A stretch of 47,715 bases of DNA, taken from contig JAHBMJ010000420.1 in NCBI GenBank assembly GCA_018398765.1, forward strand, positions 1 through 47,715, read 5' to 3'. The DNA comes from Chromera velia. Its lineage: Eukaryota. A program made the translations under genes and the position numbers. Positions 12,519-23,514 of the stretch are shown in pieces. A model generated the notes under the pieces. The model was given only the letters and a program-made list of their open reading frames with translations. It searched no databases and was not told the DNA's origin. Each line of letters opens with the position of its first letter. Positions within the stretch are counted from its first letter, which is position 1.

Positions 12519-13095
12519 GTGCGTTACTGTATGTACTATATAGTACGTAACATAACTGCATACAGAGGAAGACTGCACACTGAGGCTCTGTTCAAATTCT
12601 TGATGAACGAAGAGCATAGTGCGGTGGATGAGTTTCTGGGGAGGGCGGCGTTCAGAAGAAGAGTGTTCAAGGAAAGCCTAGGAAGGTACACACCTGGAAG
12701 CTCATTAGATGAAACAGTGCTGGCACAGAGATACGGAGTGATCACAAAAAGAAAGGGAGGAACGGAAAGAAGAAAAGAAAAATACAAGACCATCCTGGAA
12801 GTAATGGAAGCAGGAAGACAGCTGAGAGAGGGAGAAGGAGAAATCACTGAGAGAAGAATGGAAAGAGGGCGTGCATAAAGCCAAAGTGTCCTTTCGTCCT
12901 GTGTCATTGGATCAATTTTTGGAGCAGTCCCTTCTGAGCAGCCCATAGACTAAAGCATGCAAAGCGCAGATAGATTGTTGTTTGTTAGCGGCCTGGGAAA
13001 CCAGGCGGGCCACGAGGTGTGGTCTGAGCCTCAGTGATGAGGTACACCCCCCTGCCGTTTGTGGGGGCGACCTCTATAAGACAAAACGGCGACAG
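12519..13095 (+). mobile_element. Possible 3' fragment of a non-LTR retroelement (ORF C-terminus plus structured 3' UTR)
   Basis: A purine-rich ORF end (LFKFLMNEEHSAVDEFLGRAAFRRR) with no credible start sits between AT-rich tracts and is followed by hairpins at 12991-13090. Family assignment is inference. Confidence 0.3.
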
Positions 13096-13771
13096 TGCTC
13101 TAGGGTACCACTAATCACTAAACTTCAGCATTTTAATTTTACGTTCGAAAATCTAGTATGAAATTCATTCACTAATTTATCATTGCATTATTCTAGCCTA
13201 GATTTTAGCAGTAAACCACTAAGGTAGTAGCTAAGGTAATACTAGAAACTATAGAATAGAAAATGTAGTAAACAATTTAACGCTAACTACAGCAGACGTT
13301 CGACTTCAGTGTCACTTCACTATACATTTGAAAACTTTACACATCACAGCTAGCGTTTGAATACCTGCATTCGTGAAAGTTGAATCATGATGACCAAACT
13401 GACTTACAGTCCTAGTTAAGGACCTTCAACAGCTGGCAGCTCTCTTAACTTGTTTATAGATGCTTCCCGCGATGCTCCTCAGGCTCTAACGGCGCTCCGT
13501 CGACCGACCCTGAACAGTTCAACTAAGGATCGGGTCTGCTTGAACTACTGGGTAGACATGCAGAAGAAGAAGGTCAGGCAATCGGAGGAGTCCTTCAACT
13601 GACGGCCTTGTTGAAACTGAGCCTTGCATCTGTTGCCCTTCACCTCTTCTACGTCTTCCCGAAAGCAAGTACTCACCATTCACTACACTTGCTGCCCACT
13701 TTCATCCATTCAGCGCGCCAAGACTCGACTCACTCACGCGCTCGCTCTTTCATCGGACTCACCCGCCCCGC

Positions 13772-14581
13772 TCAGAGATTTGACATTCGAATCCCTCCGT
13801 CCACTCGGATCGTCGTGCCGTTCATGTACGAATTCTCCAGGAGGAACAGACAGGCGTGGGCAAACTCCTCGGGCTTCCCGAAACTGCAATTGTATGTACA
13901 CGCACATGCACAAAGAGAGAGGGAAGCAGAAGAATTAGAGGTATCGATAACACTGCATGTGCCTGCAGCGGATCTGCGTGCATAGAAGCGACGCTGGATG
14001 GATGTGTGGTTATGCGCACAGATTTCATGAATGGAGGTAATTCGAAGAAATGAACGAACGAATGGTGAAATTCACTTTTTCGCACACCCGAAACGGAACC
14101 CGAGGGACGAAAGGTCAAAAGAGAGGAAGGGTGTAAGAAAGGAGAGAGGAAAGGACATTCTGGCACATTCCAACAGGAGTACAGAGATCCGTACGTGCAG
14201 ACACACAAAGGACGGGAGAGAAGGGAACAAAGAAGGAGCGACACGAAGAATCAGCAAGAGTGCATATATCGGAAGTGAAGGGGAACGGAGTCTGCGTTTG
14301 CATTCGTCCCCTCGTCCTAAAAGAAAAGAGCAAGGTCAGGAGAGTCGACCGGAAGACGAGACTTGATCATTCTTTGCAAGTCGACCACGCATCTCTTCCT
14401 TCCTTCCTTCCTTCAGTGGCCACCATGCGCACTTACTTGCTTGATGTCTTCCATCTAGTGCAGATCGAGACAGAGCAATGGAAGTGGACAAGAAATAAAG
14501 GAATCTTCCGTTCTCCCGCTGTCTGTGTGTGTGACAGAGGGGTGGATGGGGGGTTGAACGTGGGGGAAGCACAAAATGCAG

Positions 14582-14612
<31 letters not shown>

Positions 14613-15842
14613 CGTTTGCACGGAATGTCCTTGAGGAGGGACTCCCTTACTTTTTGGGGAAACACGTCAGTCATGGGTGTGGCCATCACGCCTGCATATA
14701 CACACACGGAGAATCAAGGACGAGCAGCTAGCTGAGGAAAAGGGAAGGAAGTAATAGTCCGGCACCAAGTCCCGCATGCGAGGAAGGCATCATATCAGAA
14801 GAAGGATGCACTTCACTCAGTCGAATGATAAAAAGAGGGCAGCATCGCTAGAGCTCTCACTTTTCCAGCAGGCCGTCTCGCTCTTCCAAGCCTTCCCCTC
14901 TTTTACAGTGCTGATTTCATTTAGAGTTTCTTCTTTTACCGAGGCTGCAGTCAAACGATCGAAAGCCGACTCTGAGTCTTCTCCAGACCAACATCAGACC
15001 TACCCACCGGGTGCCACAACATTCACCCGGATGCCGAACCGAGCCATGTCCCTCGCCATCGGCAGGGCCATTGCCACCACAGCTCCCTTGCTTGCTGAGT
15101 ACGCAGCCTGCCCTTTCTGTCCCTCGTATGCAGCCACAGAGGCTACGTTAACGATCGCACCGTACTCGCCCTTGTCCTCCTCTACGGGGGGCTGCTTGCT
15201 CATGATCCAGGCGGCCTGTCTGGAGACGTTGAAGGACCCCGACACGTTGATCTGGAGAACTTTATCGAAGGGGGCCTGAGGAGAGGGGCCGTTCTTACCG
15301 AGGGTCGGGATGGCAGAGGCCACACCGGCACAGTTGACGACGCCGTGAATGGCTCCGAACTTCTTCACGACTTTGCTCAGAGAAGCAGCCACTGATTCTT
15401 CGGAAGTCACGTCACACTGCAAGAAAAAAAAAAAGAGAAGAAAAGAGAGACGAGGCCAATGCACACAGAATCGCTCTGGCCCAGCGAAAACCTGTCCAGA
15501 CTGATCAGCGGATCCACAACACCTGCCGAGAAAAAAAGTGACGGACATGAGAACAGAAGCAAGACACAAAGGCAGATGGAGAACAAGATTTAGAAAGTCA
15601 GAAAGGGACAACGCGAGGCCAACAGATAGGATGTGTAGTGACTGATTTGTTATAAGCATTCATCCATCAAGTGCGACACGGAGGAAATGCTGGGAAGCAG
15701 CTGCTTTCAGGCAGCAGCCGAGTCAGGTATGCAGCAAGGGGATCTTTGCGTCGGTCTACTGACTTCACAAAACACGACTTGAGCTCCGTGCTGGGCCTCC
15801 TTCTTCTCCCCGAGTTCTGCGTTCATGTCGAAAATCTGCACC

Positions 15843-15876
<34 letters not shown>

Positions 15877-16562
15877 NGGGGGGGGGGGGGGGGAGGAGAG
15901 AGAGAGAGAGAAGGGAGTTTTGAGGGAGTGCAAGGCTGGCGGCCCAGCCGCCGCTTTTTTTTGCAGTAGGCGCGCAGAACTCGGGGGTTGAACAAGAAAA
16001 TCGGTGGGAGAGTGCAGGGAGCAGGACACAGTCAGAAGAGATAGGGTGTCGGGGGGTGGAAAGAGAACGCAGAAAATGCTGCACAGGGGCGCATAGAAGA
16101 GGTGACTGGATGATACCGACAAAAAGAGAGCAGCCAAGAGGTGCATGAGTAGATTTCAGGAAAACTGGAAGGAAGGAGACAGTGGAGGACTGCACGGAGA
16201 GGCAAAAGGAAGGAGACCGTCTCAGTGGACAGACACAACTCACCCCGACTTTGGCCCCCTTTTCCACAAGAAGATCGACTGCACGCAGCAGAGATCAAAG
16301 CACAGAACCATAGTGGATATTCGTCAGAAGAGACGGACAGACATCACGAGCTAGAACGAGACGGCCGGGCGGCTCATACACCCTGCAGGGGATGATTGAT
16401 GAATGTGCGCTGACCTGTCTTCTCCCCAAGTCCACTACCTCCACCTGCAAAAATTAAGGAGTTTGCAAGTCATCAGTCGAGCGAGTGGAAAGCACAGAAA
16501 ATGCAGACAGGAAAACTACAACACTTACCGGTGACGACGATCACTCTGTCCTTGACTCTCAT
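13772..16562 (-). CDS. HSD17B10: 3-hydroxyacyl-CoA dehydrogenase type-2-like SDR; exons 16562-16529, 16444-16415, 16278-16244, 15835-15764, 15416-15008, 14691-14613, 13883-13772, 256 aa
   Basis: Spliced: MRVKDRVIVVTGGGSGLG..CDVTSE..VVNCAGVA..VNVASVAAYEGQKGQAAYSASKGAVVAMALPMARD..FGKPEEFA..ENSYMNGTTIRVDGGIRM. All six intron phases are consistent (771 nt). Confidence 0.92.
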
Positions 16563-16739
16563 TTTGTTAAATTGAACAACGCCGTTTCCAGAAGAAGACT
16601 CTTACAGACACTCGAAGGCAGAGTAAAACAATGAGCCATCAGATGAGCTGTACTTCGTTTCTCTCACACGAGCAACAGAAACAAGCTCCAGTCGATATAG
16701 ATGCTCCTGACCTTTGTGTTTGGCGATGACGTCAATTGG

Positions 16740-17085
16740 ATGTCACCGCGCGGCGCGCCGGACGTGCTTTAAACCGCGCGCGCGGACGTCGCCATGCATG
16801 CAGCTGGGCTCCAAAGAGTGGGCGCCGCCGCAAAAACAACACATGCATGCATGTGCAACAGAACAAAGCAACATAGTTGTTGCGCAACATGCAAAGTGTT
16901 GTTGCAACTGTTGCTGCAACGCGTTGTTCTGTTGCAGCACAACTTCAATGCACGCATGCGCGTTCAGCCTCGTTCATGCATGCACTTAATTGGCTGTTCG
17001 AACAACACGTACGTGCCCCGGCCATGCACGTACAACACCTCATATAGTGACGTATATATCACCATGCATGCATGTAAACATCGAA
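16740..17085. promoter_or_regulatory. Divergent promoter region with GCGCGC, TGCATGCA and an imperfect palindrome
   Basis: Lies between the HSD17B10-like (-) and arrestin (+) starts. Multiple TGCATG motifs. GCAACAGAACAA (~16855) is inverted against TTGTTCTGTTGC (~16924). Confidence 0.5.
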
Positions 17086-17165
17086 CAACAAACCCATGAG
17101 TGAATGTCAAGAAAAGCTCTCGCACTTGTTTGGAAGAAGAGATATTTATACAGGCAAATTCAGCG

Positions 17166-18806
17166 ATGAAAGGCTTTGGGGCTGTCGGCCCAAATTCCGG
17201 GCCCGTCCACATGGGCATTGAGATCAAAGAGAAGTTCTACCGCTCTCCAGGCCTGGTTGAGGGAAAGGTGCACTGTCACTGTGTTAGTGACGTGAACTTC
17301 ACCGCTATTGTGTTGAAGTTCAAAGGTGCCGAGAGGACGCATCTCCATTGGACGACAACATCGGAGAACAAAAATGATCACACGATCACGCGGCATCACC
17401 GGAGTAAAGGGATCCGTATGCTTGCCAATCGTGTGACCACTCTGTCAAAGTTTGGATGTCTTTCGGCTGGGCATTACGAGTTTCCTTTTCAGGTCCATTT
17501 GCCTGCAGGAATCGATTCCTCGTCCTCTTTTGTGACAGACGACACTTCCTTTTGGGTTGTGTACTGGATGGAAGCGGAGATTGTTGGCCTTCCCAACGTG
17601 ACGAAGACACAAGCATACTTCACAATTCTGGGAGAGCCAAAAGGAGAAAGCAAAAAACCCCAAGGGTACTTTGTCGAGCCCTTCCTGCAGGACGTCAATT
17701 TTTGTCGGTGTGGTGGCAGGGGTTTTATGGCATTGGGGGCAAAGACTGACTCAGTGCGTGTGCACCCTGGACGGAACTTTCAAGCATCCATCTGTTTCCA
17801 GAATCAGTCGACGACCAAAATCGAAACAATTGACATTCGGATCAAACAGACGGTACACGCGCATGCAGATGGGAGGACTCACACGGCAGAGCAGATTGTG
17901 GGTGAGACAACAATGCCGGATGGGAAAGAGCTTGGAGAGGCCGCGAAGAAATTGAGCCGAAAGTTCACTCAGAAAGAAAAGGATTCGGCTTCCTCTTCCA
18001 TCCTTCAACATATCCACAACAGTCTCGTCTCAAATGAGTGCCTAACATATGCTGTGCCTGTAGAACGCACAGCTCTTCCCACTTACTCCACAAGTTTGAT
18101 CAAGGTCTCCCACACAGCCGAGGTCGTCCTTCGTACACGAAAGTTCATCACCAATCCCAAAGTCGTCTTCCCTTTAATTGTAGACGACCCCAGCTCTCAA
18201 AAGGACACCCAGCCTACTTTACCCCAACACCCCCCGCTTGAAGAAGGAATGCAGGCACCAACAGACCCGCCACCCTCTCTTCCCGAAGGCAGGAATCCCG
18301 CAACCTTTCCCCTCACTGTCATTACAGTAGAAAAGTGGCCCGACGTCGCCGACGAGCCCGCAACCGTCCCCGACAGTGGACAGGCCCGCGCCGCCGCCAA
18401 GTGGTCCTTTGAGGGCCTCCTGAAGGCTCTCAAGAATTCCATTAGCGTTAATTCGACGCTCAAAAGATACGCAGACGATTCACGAGGAAGAGAAGTGATT
18501 CTGTCACTTGGAACACAGCAGTACGGCCTGGCTGTGGCTGCACTCGCCATGCAATCAGACCGGCTAGATGTTGCCGTCACTGTTGCCCGCATCTTAAAAT
18601 CAGGAGGAAAAGACTTCACATCTGAGTTCATCATCAGTGCGATTGAATTTGAAGCGTCTGAACACGAATCTCAGATGAAGACAGGGCTGGTCATTGTGCT
18701 TGCTCCCCTCGCTTCCGACCTCCCCAAAAATCAACAGGAACTGCTTCGCCATTTGAGCGCCTCCGAGCAACAGGGGGTTCAGGATGTATTGACTAAAAGA
18801 CTGTAG
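17166..18806 (+). CDS. Intronless alpha-arrestin-like protein (Arrestin_N + Arrestin_C) with extra helical C-terminal domain, ~546 aa
   Basis: VEGKV, IVLKFKGAERT.W, LSAGHYEFPFQVHLP, VVYWMEAEI (N domain). QNQSTTKIETIDIRIKQ and LPTYSTSLIKVSH (C domain). First ATG at 17166. Confidence 0.85.
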   Translation: MKGFGAVGPNSGPVHMGIEIKEKFYRSPGLVEGKVHCHCVSDVNFTAIVLKFKGAERTHLHWTTTSENKNDHTITRHHRSKGIRMLANRVTTLSKFGCLSAGHYEFPFQVHLPAGIDSSSSFVTDDTSFWVVYWMEAEIVGLPNVTKTQAYFTILGEPKGESKKPQGYFVEPFLQDVNFCRCGGRGFMALGAKTDSVRVHPGRNFQASICFQNQSTTKIETIDIRIKQTVHAHADGRTHTAEQIVGETTMPDGKELGEAAKKLSRKFTQKEKDSASSSILQHIHNSLVSNECLTYAVPVERTALPTYSTSLIKVSHTAEVVLRTRKFITNPKVVFPLIVDDPSSQKDTQPTLPQHPPLEEGMQAPTDPPPSLPEGRNPATFPLTVITVEKWPDVADEPATVPDSGQARAAAKWSFEGLLKALKNSISVNSTLKRYADDSRGREVILSLGTQQYGLAVAALAMQSDRLDVAVTVARILKSGGKDFTSEFIISAIEFEASEHESQMKTGLVIVLAPLASDLPKNQQELLRHLSASEQQGVQDVLTKRL

Positions 18807-19401
18807 CGGCGACGCAGTACTACCGCGCCAGTGCAAGATATTGTAAGTACAAAGGTTGTGTTGTCGTATCGATTCCACGTAAACTGACGTAAACTAGGAC
18901 TTTAAAAGTTACCGTAAAAAAGTACAGTGTTGTTGAAGGTGTTGTTTCAAAGTTCAGTGTTTAAACAAAGAAACAAATCATAAATACTATACTGAGACTA
19001 AAAGAACACATATCTCCCAAATAAACAGATATCGATGTTAATTACATAATTTTAAGACCTAAGCAACACTTTCAACAACAGTTACAACACTCTACTTTTT
19101 CACAGTTATTCGGAGTTGCTCTTAAAATTCTAGTTAGTCCTAGTATAATACCACGGTACATCATTAAACAGACAGTCCAATGATTAAAAAATATCTTTGT
19201 TTTCAGTTTCAATCGCTCAAATTGATCAACACAAAATTAAACTTGGAATATCATTTAAGATGATGATGGTGATGATGATCAGGTTAAGTTGCCTGGTTAA
19301 CTAAGCCTGGCAGCCAGAGCTGGCCATCGTGTCCCAATCAATGGCTAACGGTAGTGTATGCATGAATAGTTATATCTGAGACTAAATAATGTGTATGGAT
19401 T

Positions 19402-22400
19402 TGTCTTTTCCCCAAATCCACTACGTTGAATCACCTACAAAAATTAAAGAGTTTGCAAGTCATTATAAATGTCACACTGATGAATTAAGCGAGTAGAAAA
19501 CATAAAAAATACACACATATGCACACTGACTCTCTCATCATCGCGGTGGCAACACCGATCGCGGTGGCTGGTCAGGTGCTCGCATCCGCTTGCCTCTCGA
19601 CCCACACTCATGTCAAACACCGTTCCTATAAGAAGACTCTTACAAATACTTGAAAGCAAAACAAAACAATGAGTTCGAAAGAGTTGGCGCCGCCACTGGG
19701 CGCGGCCGCCTTTCTGAACATCCGCTGCCCTCACATGCAGGAATCGGGGGCCACGGACACGCCACATACATATGCACGAAGAAATGCATGCATACACAAG
19801 AATTGATTGAATCAAGCTGCATACATGCATACATGGGAAATTGTTTCACTGATCGATGGAATGCGATTGATTGTATGCTGAACTACTCTGCACCAAGCCT
19901 CAAACACATCTTGATCTCCATGAATGCAGAACCCTTCGATAGGTTTAATGGTACGGACTGAGCACAGACTTCTTGAGTGAGATTAGTAGAGGTCGTGCTA
20001 GAAATCTTTCCTCGTAAGAAAATCTAGCGAGTATATATAGAGAGAGACTGTCTCGGTCCGGGTCTATCCATGAACAAAGGTTGAGGGTTAGCGTACAAGA
20101 ATCAGACCCTACGTAACCAAACCTTTCGCTGGTGTTCCGTCAGCAGGCATGAACCGTCGATTCAGGTTTATCGTTCTTGCCGACCTTTTGGGGAAGACTG
20201 GAGAGCGCAGGTGCATCAGACTGAGTGGGAACAGAAAAAAGAAGCAGGAAACAGAAAAGCAAGACTGAGTGGCAAACGAAGATGGACATAAGGTATGGTA
20301 ACCAGATGTGGGCAGCAAAGAAATATGGGCAGGTGATGATGTTCTGCCGGTACGGGACGAGCAACTCATTTAAGGTGTACGACATGCTCACAGGAGTGGC
20401 GCGGCGTGTGAAGCCAGTGCCGGGAGGTTGTGTACTGAGAGTGTGGATCAAGTACTTCCGAGAACCGCTCCAGGTGATTCTGACCGACTGGAAGGACGCA
20501 GAGCTTTTGAGGTGGAAAGCAAGGCAGGGAGACAGTTCCATCTAGGTGATGGTGGCTCCATGGTTTGCACAGCCCTAGCTCCAGAGCTCTACAGAGATCA
20601 GTCTGCTGTTTCGTTATGCAGAGAACTCACATACTGCACCGCTTGAGACAAAGACCACCACGTACCGAAGAATAAGTGCAAGGCATATACATACATAGTC
20701 TTACCACGAAAAAGAAGATAGAAGACGGCTGGAGATTGCGAGTGCACTGGTTCAGAAAGAGCGAGAACACGAAAAAAGGAAGAGAAAGCGAAGATGCAGG
20801 AGAAGGAAAAGTCAGGGTGCGAGGTTTGAAGACGATGTCAGAAATGAATTTGAATCACGAGAGTCATCAGAGGGGAGTGAGTGGCAGAATGAGCAGGCGA
20901 GCCAAGCCACCGAGAATAAAGAGAGAAGTAGCAATGCAACCAGCTACCGGGAGAAGCCACAGATGCCGGAAGTGAAGGAAAAAGAGAGTAACATCAGCTC
21001 CAAAAGCGGTAAAGTGTCCCAAGAGAGCTTTCGTCGAGGGGACTGGAGAGCCATTAGGCAACCCGCAGCAGCAGAAACGAAATAAAGTAGCAACTCCATT
21101 CGAACAATAGAAATACTAGGTTCTGAGAAGCTAAGCAGTGATAAACTTCAAAACGCATGCAGGACGGAGCGGTCAGTCTGTCCGTTGGGGCAAAGGGGGG
21201 AGTATGTAAAGGGGGGAATATGTAGTCGCGTCCTCCTGCATTGGTGCCCCATAGCTTATACTGATTGATAGCAAGTCCAAAAGAAAGAGAGGGGAGGAAC
21301 CGACAAATGAAGTAAAGTATAGAGGATTCGGAAGTGAAAGGAAAAAGGAAAAGTTGCAAGAATCGGAAATACAGGTACAAAACAAGTTTTTTGCCATAGA
21401 CGCTGATGTACAAATCAAAGCAAAAGAGAAAGAAACTTTGTCAAAGGTGATGGCGCAAGCAAAGAAACAAGTGCAGAAGAAAGAAACAAAACAGGAGAAG
21501 CCCAAAAAGAAAACGACAAGCAGCCTCTTCGGAGAGATTGGAAAGAAGCTTCACAAAGGAAACCAAGAAGTAAGACAAAGTAAGAACAGTTGGTGGGTTT
21601 AGAGGGGAGCAAGCTTCTTTGATAGACTTTTAGCTATGATAAGAAGAAAATGAGAAGAGAGAAGAAAATGGAAAGAGAGAAGAAAAGAGAGAGTGAAAGA
21701 GGAAGAGGAAGAAAAAAACAGGGAGTTGTTAACTAAGATGTTCAGGACTGGGGACGTCATAACCATAAGATCACAGTCAAGGTCTGATGGACTTGGAGTG
21801 ACTTAGAGGATAGTGAGCGCGCCGGATGAGGGGGGTGTGAAAGGGTTGGCGCCGCCACCGGGCGCGGCCGCCTTTCTAAACATCCGCTGCCCTCACATGC
21901 AGGAATCGGGGGTCACAGACACACCACACACATACGTGCGAGGAAATGCATACATACAGAAGAATTGATTGAATCAAGCTGCATACATGCATGCATAGGA
22001 AATTGCTTCACTGATTGATGGAATGCGATTGATTGTATGCTGAACTACTCTGCACCAAGCCTCAAACACATCTTGATCTCCATGAATGCAGAACCCTTCG
22101 ATAGGTTTAATGGTACGGACTGAGCACAGACTTCCTGAGTGAGATTAGTAGAGGTCGTGCTAGAAATCTTTCCTCGTAAGAAAATCTAGCGAGTATATAT
22201 AGAGAGAGACTGTCTCGGTCCGGGTCTATCCATGAATAAAGGTTGAGGGTTAGCGTGCGAGAATCAGACCCCACGTAACCAAACCTTTCACTATAAGCCT
22301 TCAGATGAGCATCATGAGCTGTACTTCGTTTGTCTCACACGAGCAACACTAAAAATCATTATCACAGAGACAAGCTCGAGTCGCTGGAAGCTCTTGGCCT

Positions 22401-22456
22401 TTGTGTTTGGCGATGATGTCAATTGCGCATATGCATGGGTGTCACCGGGGCGCGCC
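19402..22456 (-). pseudogene. Degenerate duplicate of the HSD17B10-like 5' region and promoter (source ~16416-16759), split by the LTR element into 19402-19673 and 22293-22456
   Basis: AAAAATTAA(G/A)GAGTTTGCAAGTCAT, AGAAGACTCTTACA, ATGAGCTGTACTTCGTTT.TCTCACACGAGCAACA and CCTTTGTGTTTGGCGATGA occur in both places in the same order. Confidence 0.8.
19674..22292 (+). mobile_element. Non-autonomous LTR retrotransposon
   Basis: Direct repeats 19674-20130 and 21836-22292 (457 bp each). TSD ATGAG (19669-73) / ATAAG (22293-97), where the uninterrupted source locus reads ATGAG once. PBS-like TGGTGTTCCGTCAGCAGG after LTR1 and polypurine tract GAGGGGGG before LTR2. The 1.7-kb interior has no recognisable RT. 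Confidence 0.9.
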
Positions 22457-22812
22457 TTTTAATTGCCTGGCCGGGCGGGTGAGTCGCGCCGCGGGCCCGC
22501 TTAACAGTCACGCCGCCCACGTGCATGCATACGTGCACGCAAACCCCGCGCGGCAGACTGAACAGGTTTTTCTGCCTGGCAGATTTCTTCGGTCTCGAGG
22601 TCGATTCAAAGTCAGCACCTTCTCAATTGTGTTCCAATCTCTGTAGATCGGCTTGACAAGGCATCTTCCGAATTCAGCAGGAATCTGGGTCATTCAGGAC
22701 GTGTCGATTCTTCAAGTTGGAGCTGCGGAAACTCGAAAACAGCTGCCGTCTCCCTCCATATCTCTGACCTTGTCTCACGTTCTGGCCCTCCGTATTTTCG
22801 TGCTGAGGAATC

Positions 22813-23441
22813 ATGGACGGACTTTCCGGTCACAGGGAGGGCACCAGATGCGAGGGTACGTCTCTTGCAATTTGTGCAAATTCACTTTGTCAAAGTTTGT
22901 GTTCTCTTCCGTGCGAAACGCGAAGCCCTTCCTATCCGTGTTCACTTGCGCTACTTGAAGACAATCTTTCCGTGCCTCTCTCTTTCCCTCTTTCTTTCTG
23001 CGTGTGCATGTGCACACACGTGTATGCGTTTATGCTTGTCTGCATTTCATCATGACTGACTACCTGACTGGCGGCCTGTCCGTGTGTTCAACCAACTGTC
23101 CGACGGTTCACGCGCCGTCTCCCAGGCCGTCTCCTTTTCTCCGGGTCACCGTTCCCTTTCCTGTCTCTAAGCGCATCTGCCTCTCTGTCATCTGCATGCC
23201 TTGAAAAAACTCAGGAGCATACCACTGACTTCTCTTCTTTTCGTCTCCTTCTAGAGGATTCGGTGAGAGGGGAGAGCTTACAGAGAAGTCTATGTGTGAT
23301 ACCCTCAAGCTCTGCTCTGTGCTGTCTCCAGACAAGTGTGTGCAGGTACCGGAGGACTTAGAGAGGTCCTCTCAGGAGATGGTCAACACACTCAGCAGCC
23401 TCTTCAACCACAACACCGTCTCTGCAGAGGTGAGAGAGCCC

Positions 23442-23514
<73 letters not shown>

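Noticed and set aside
12991..13045. Hammerhead ribozyme
   Set aside because: GAAAC and GTGATGAG lie in hairpin loops and stems, and no CUGANGA core with correct topology is present.
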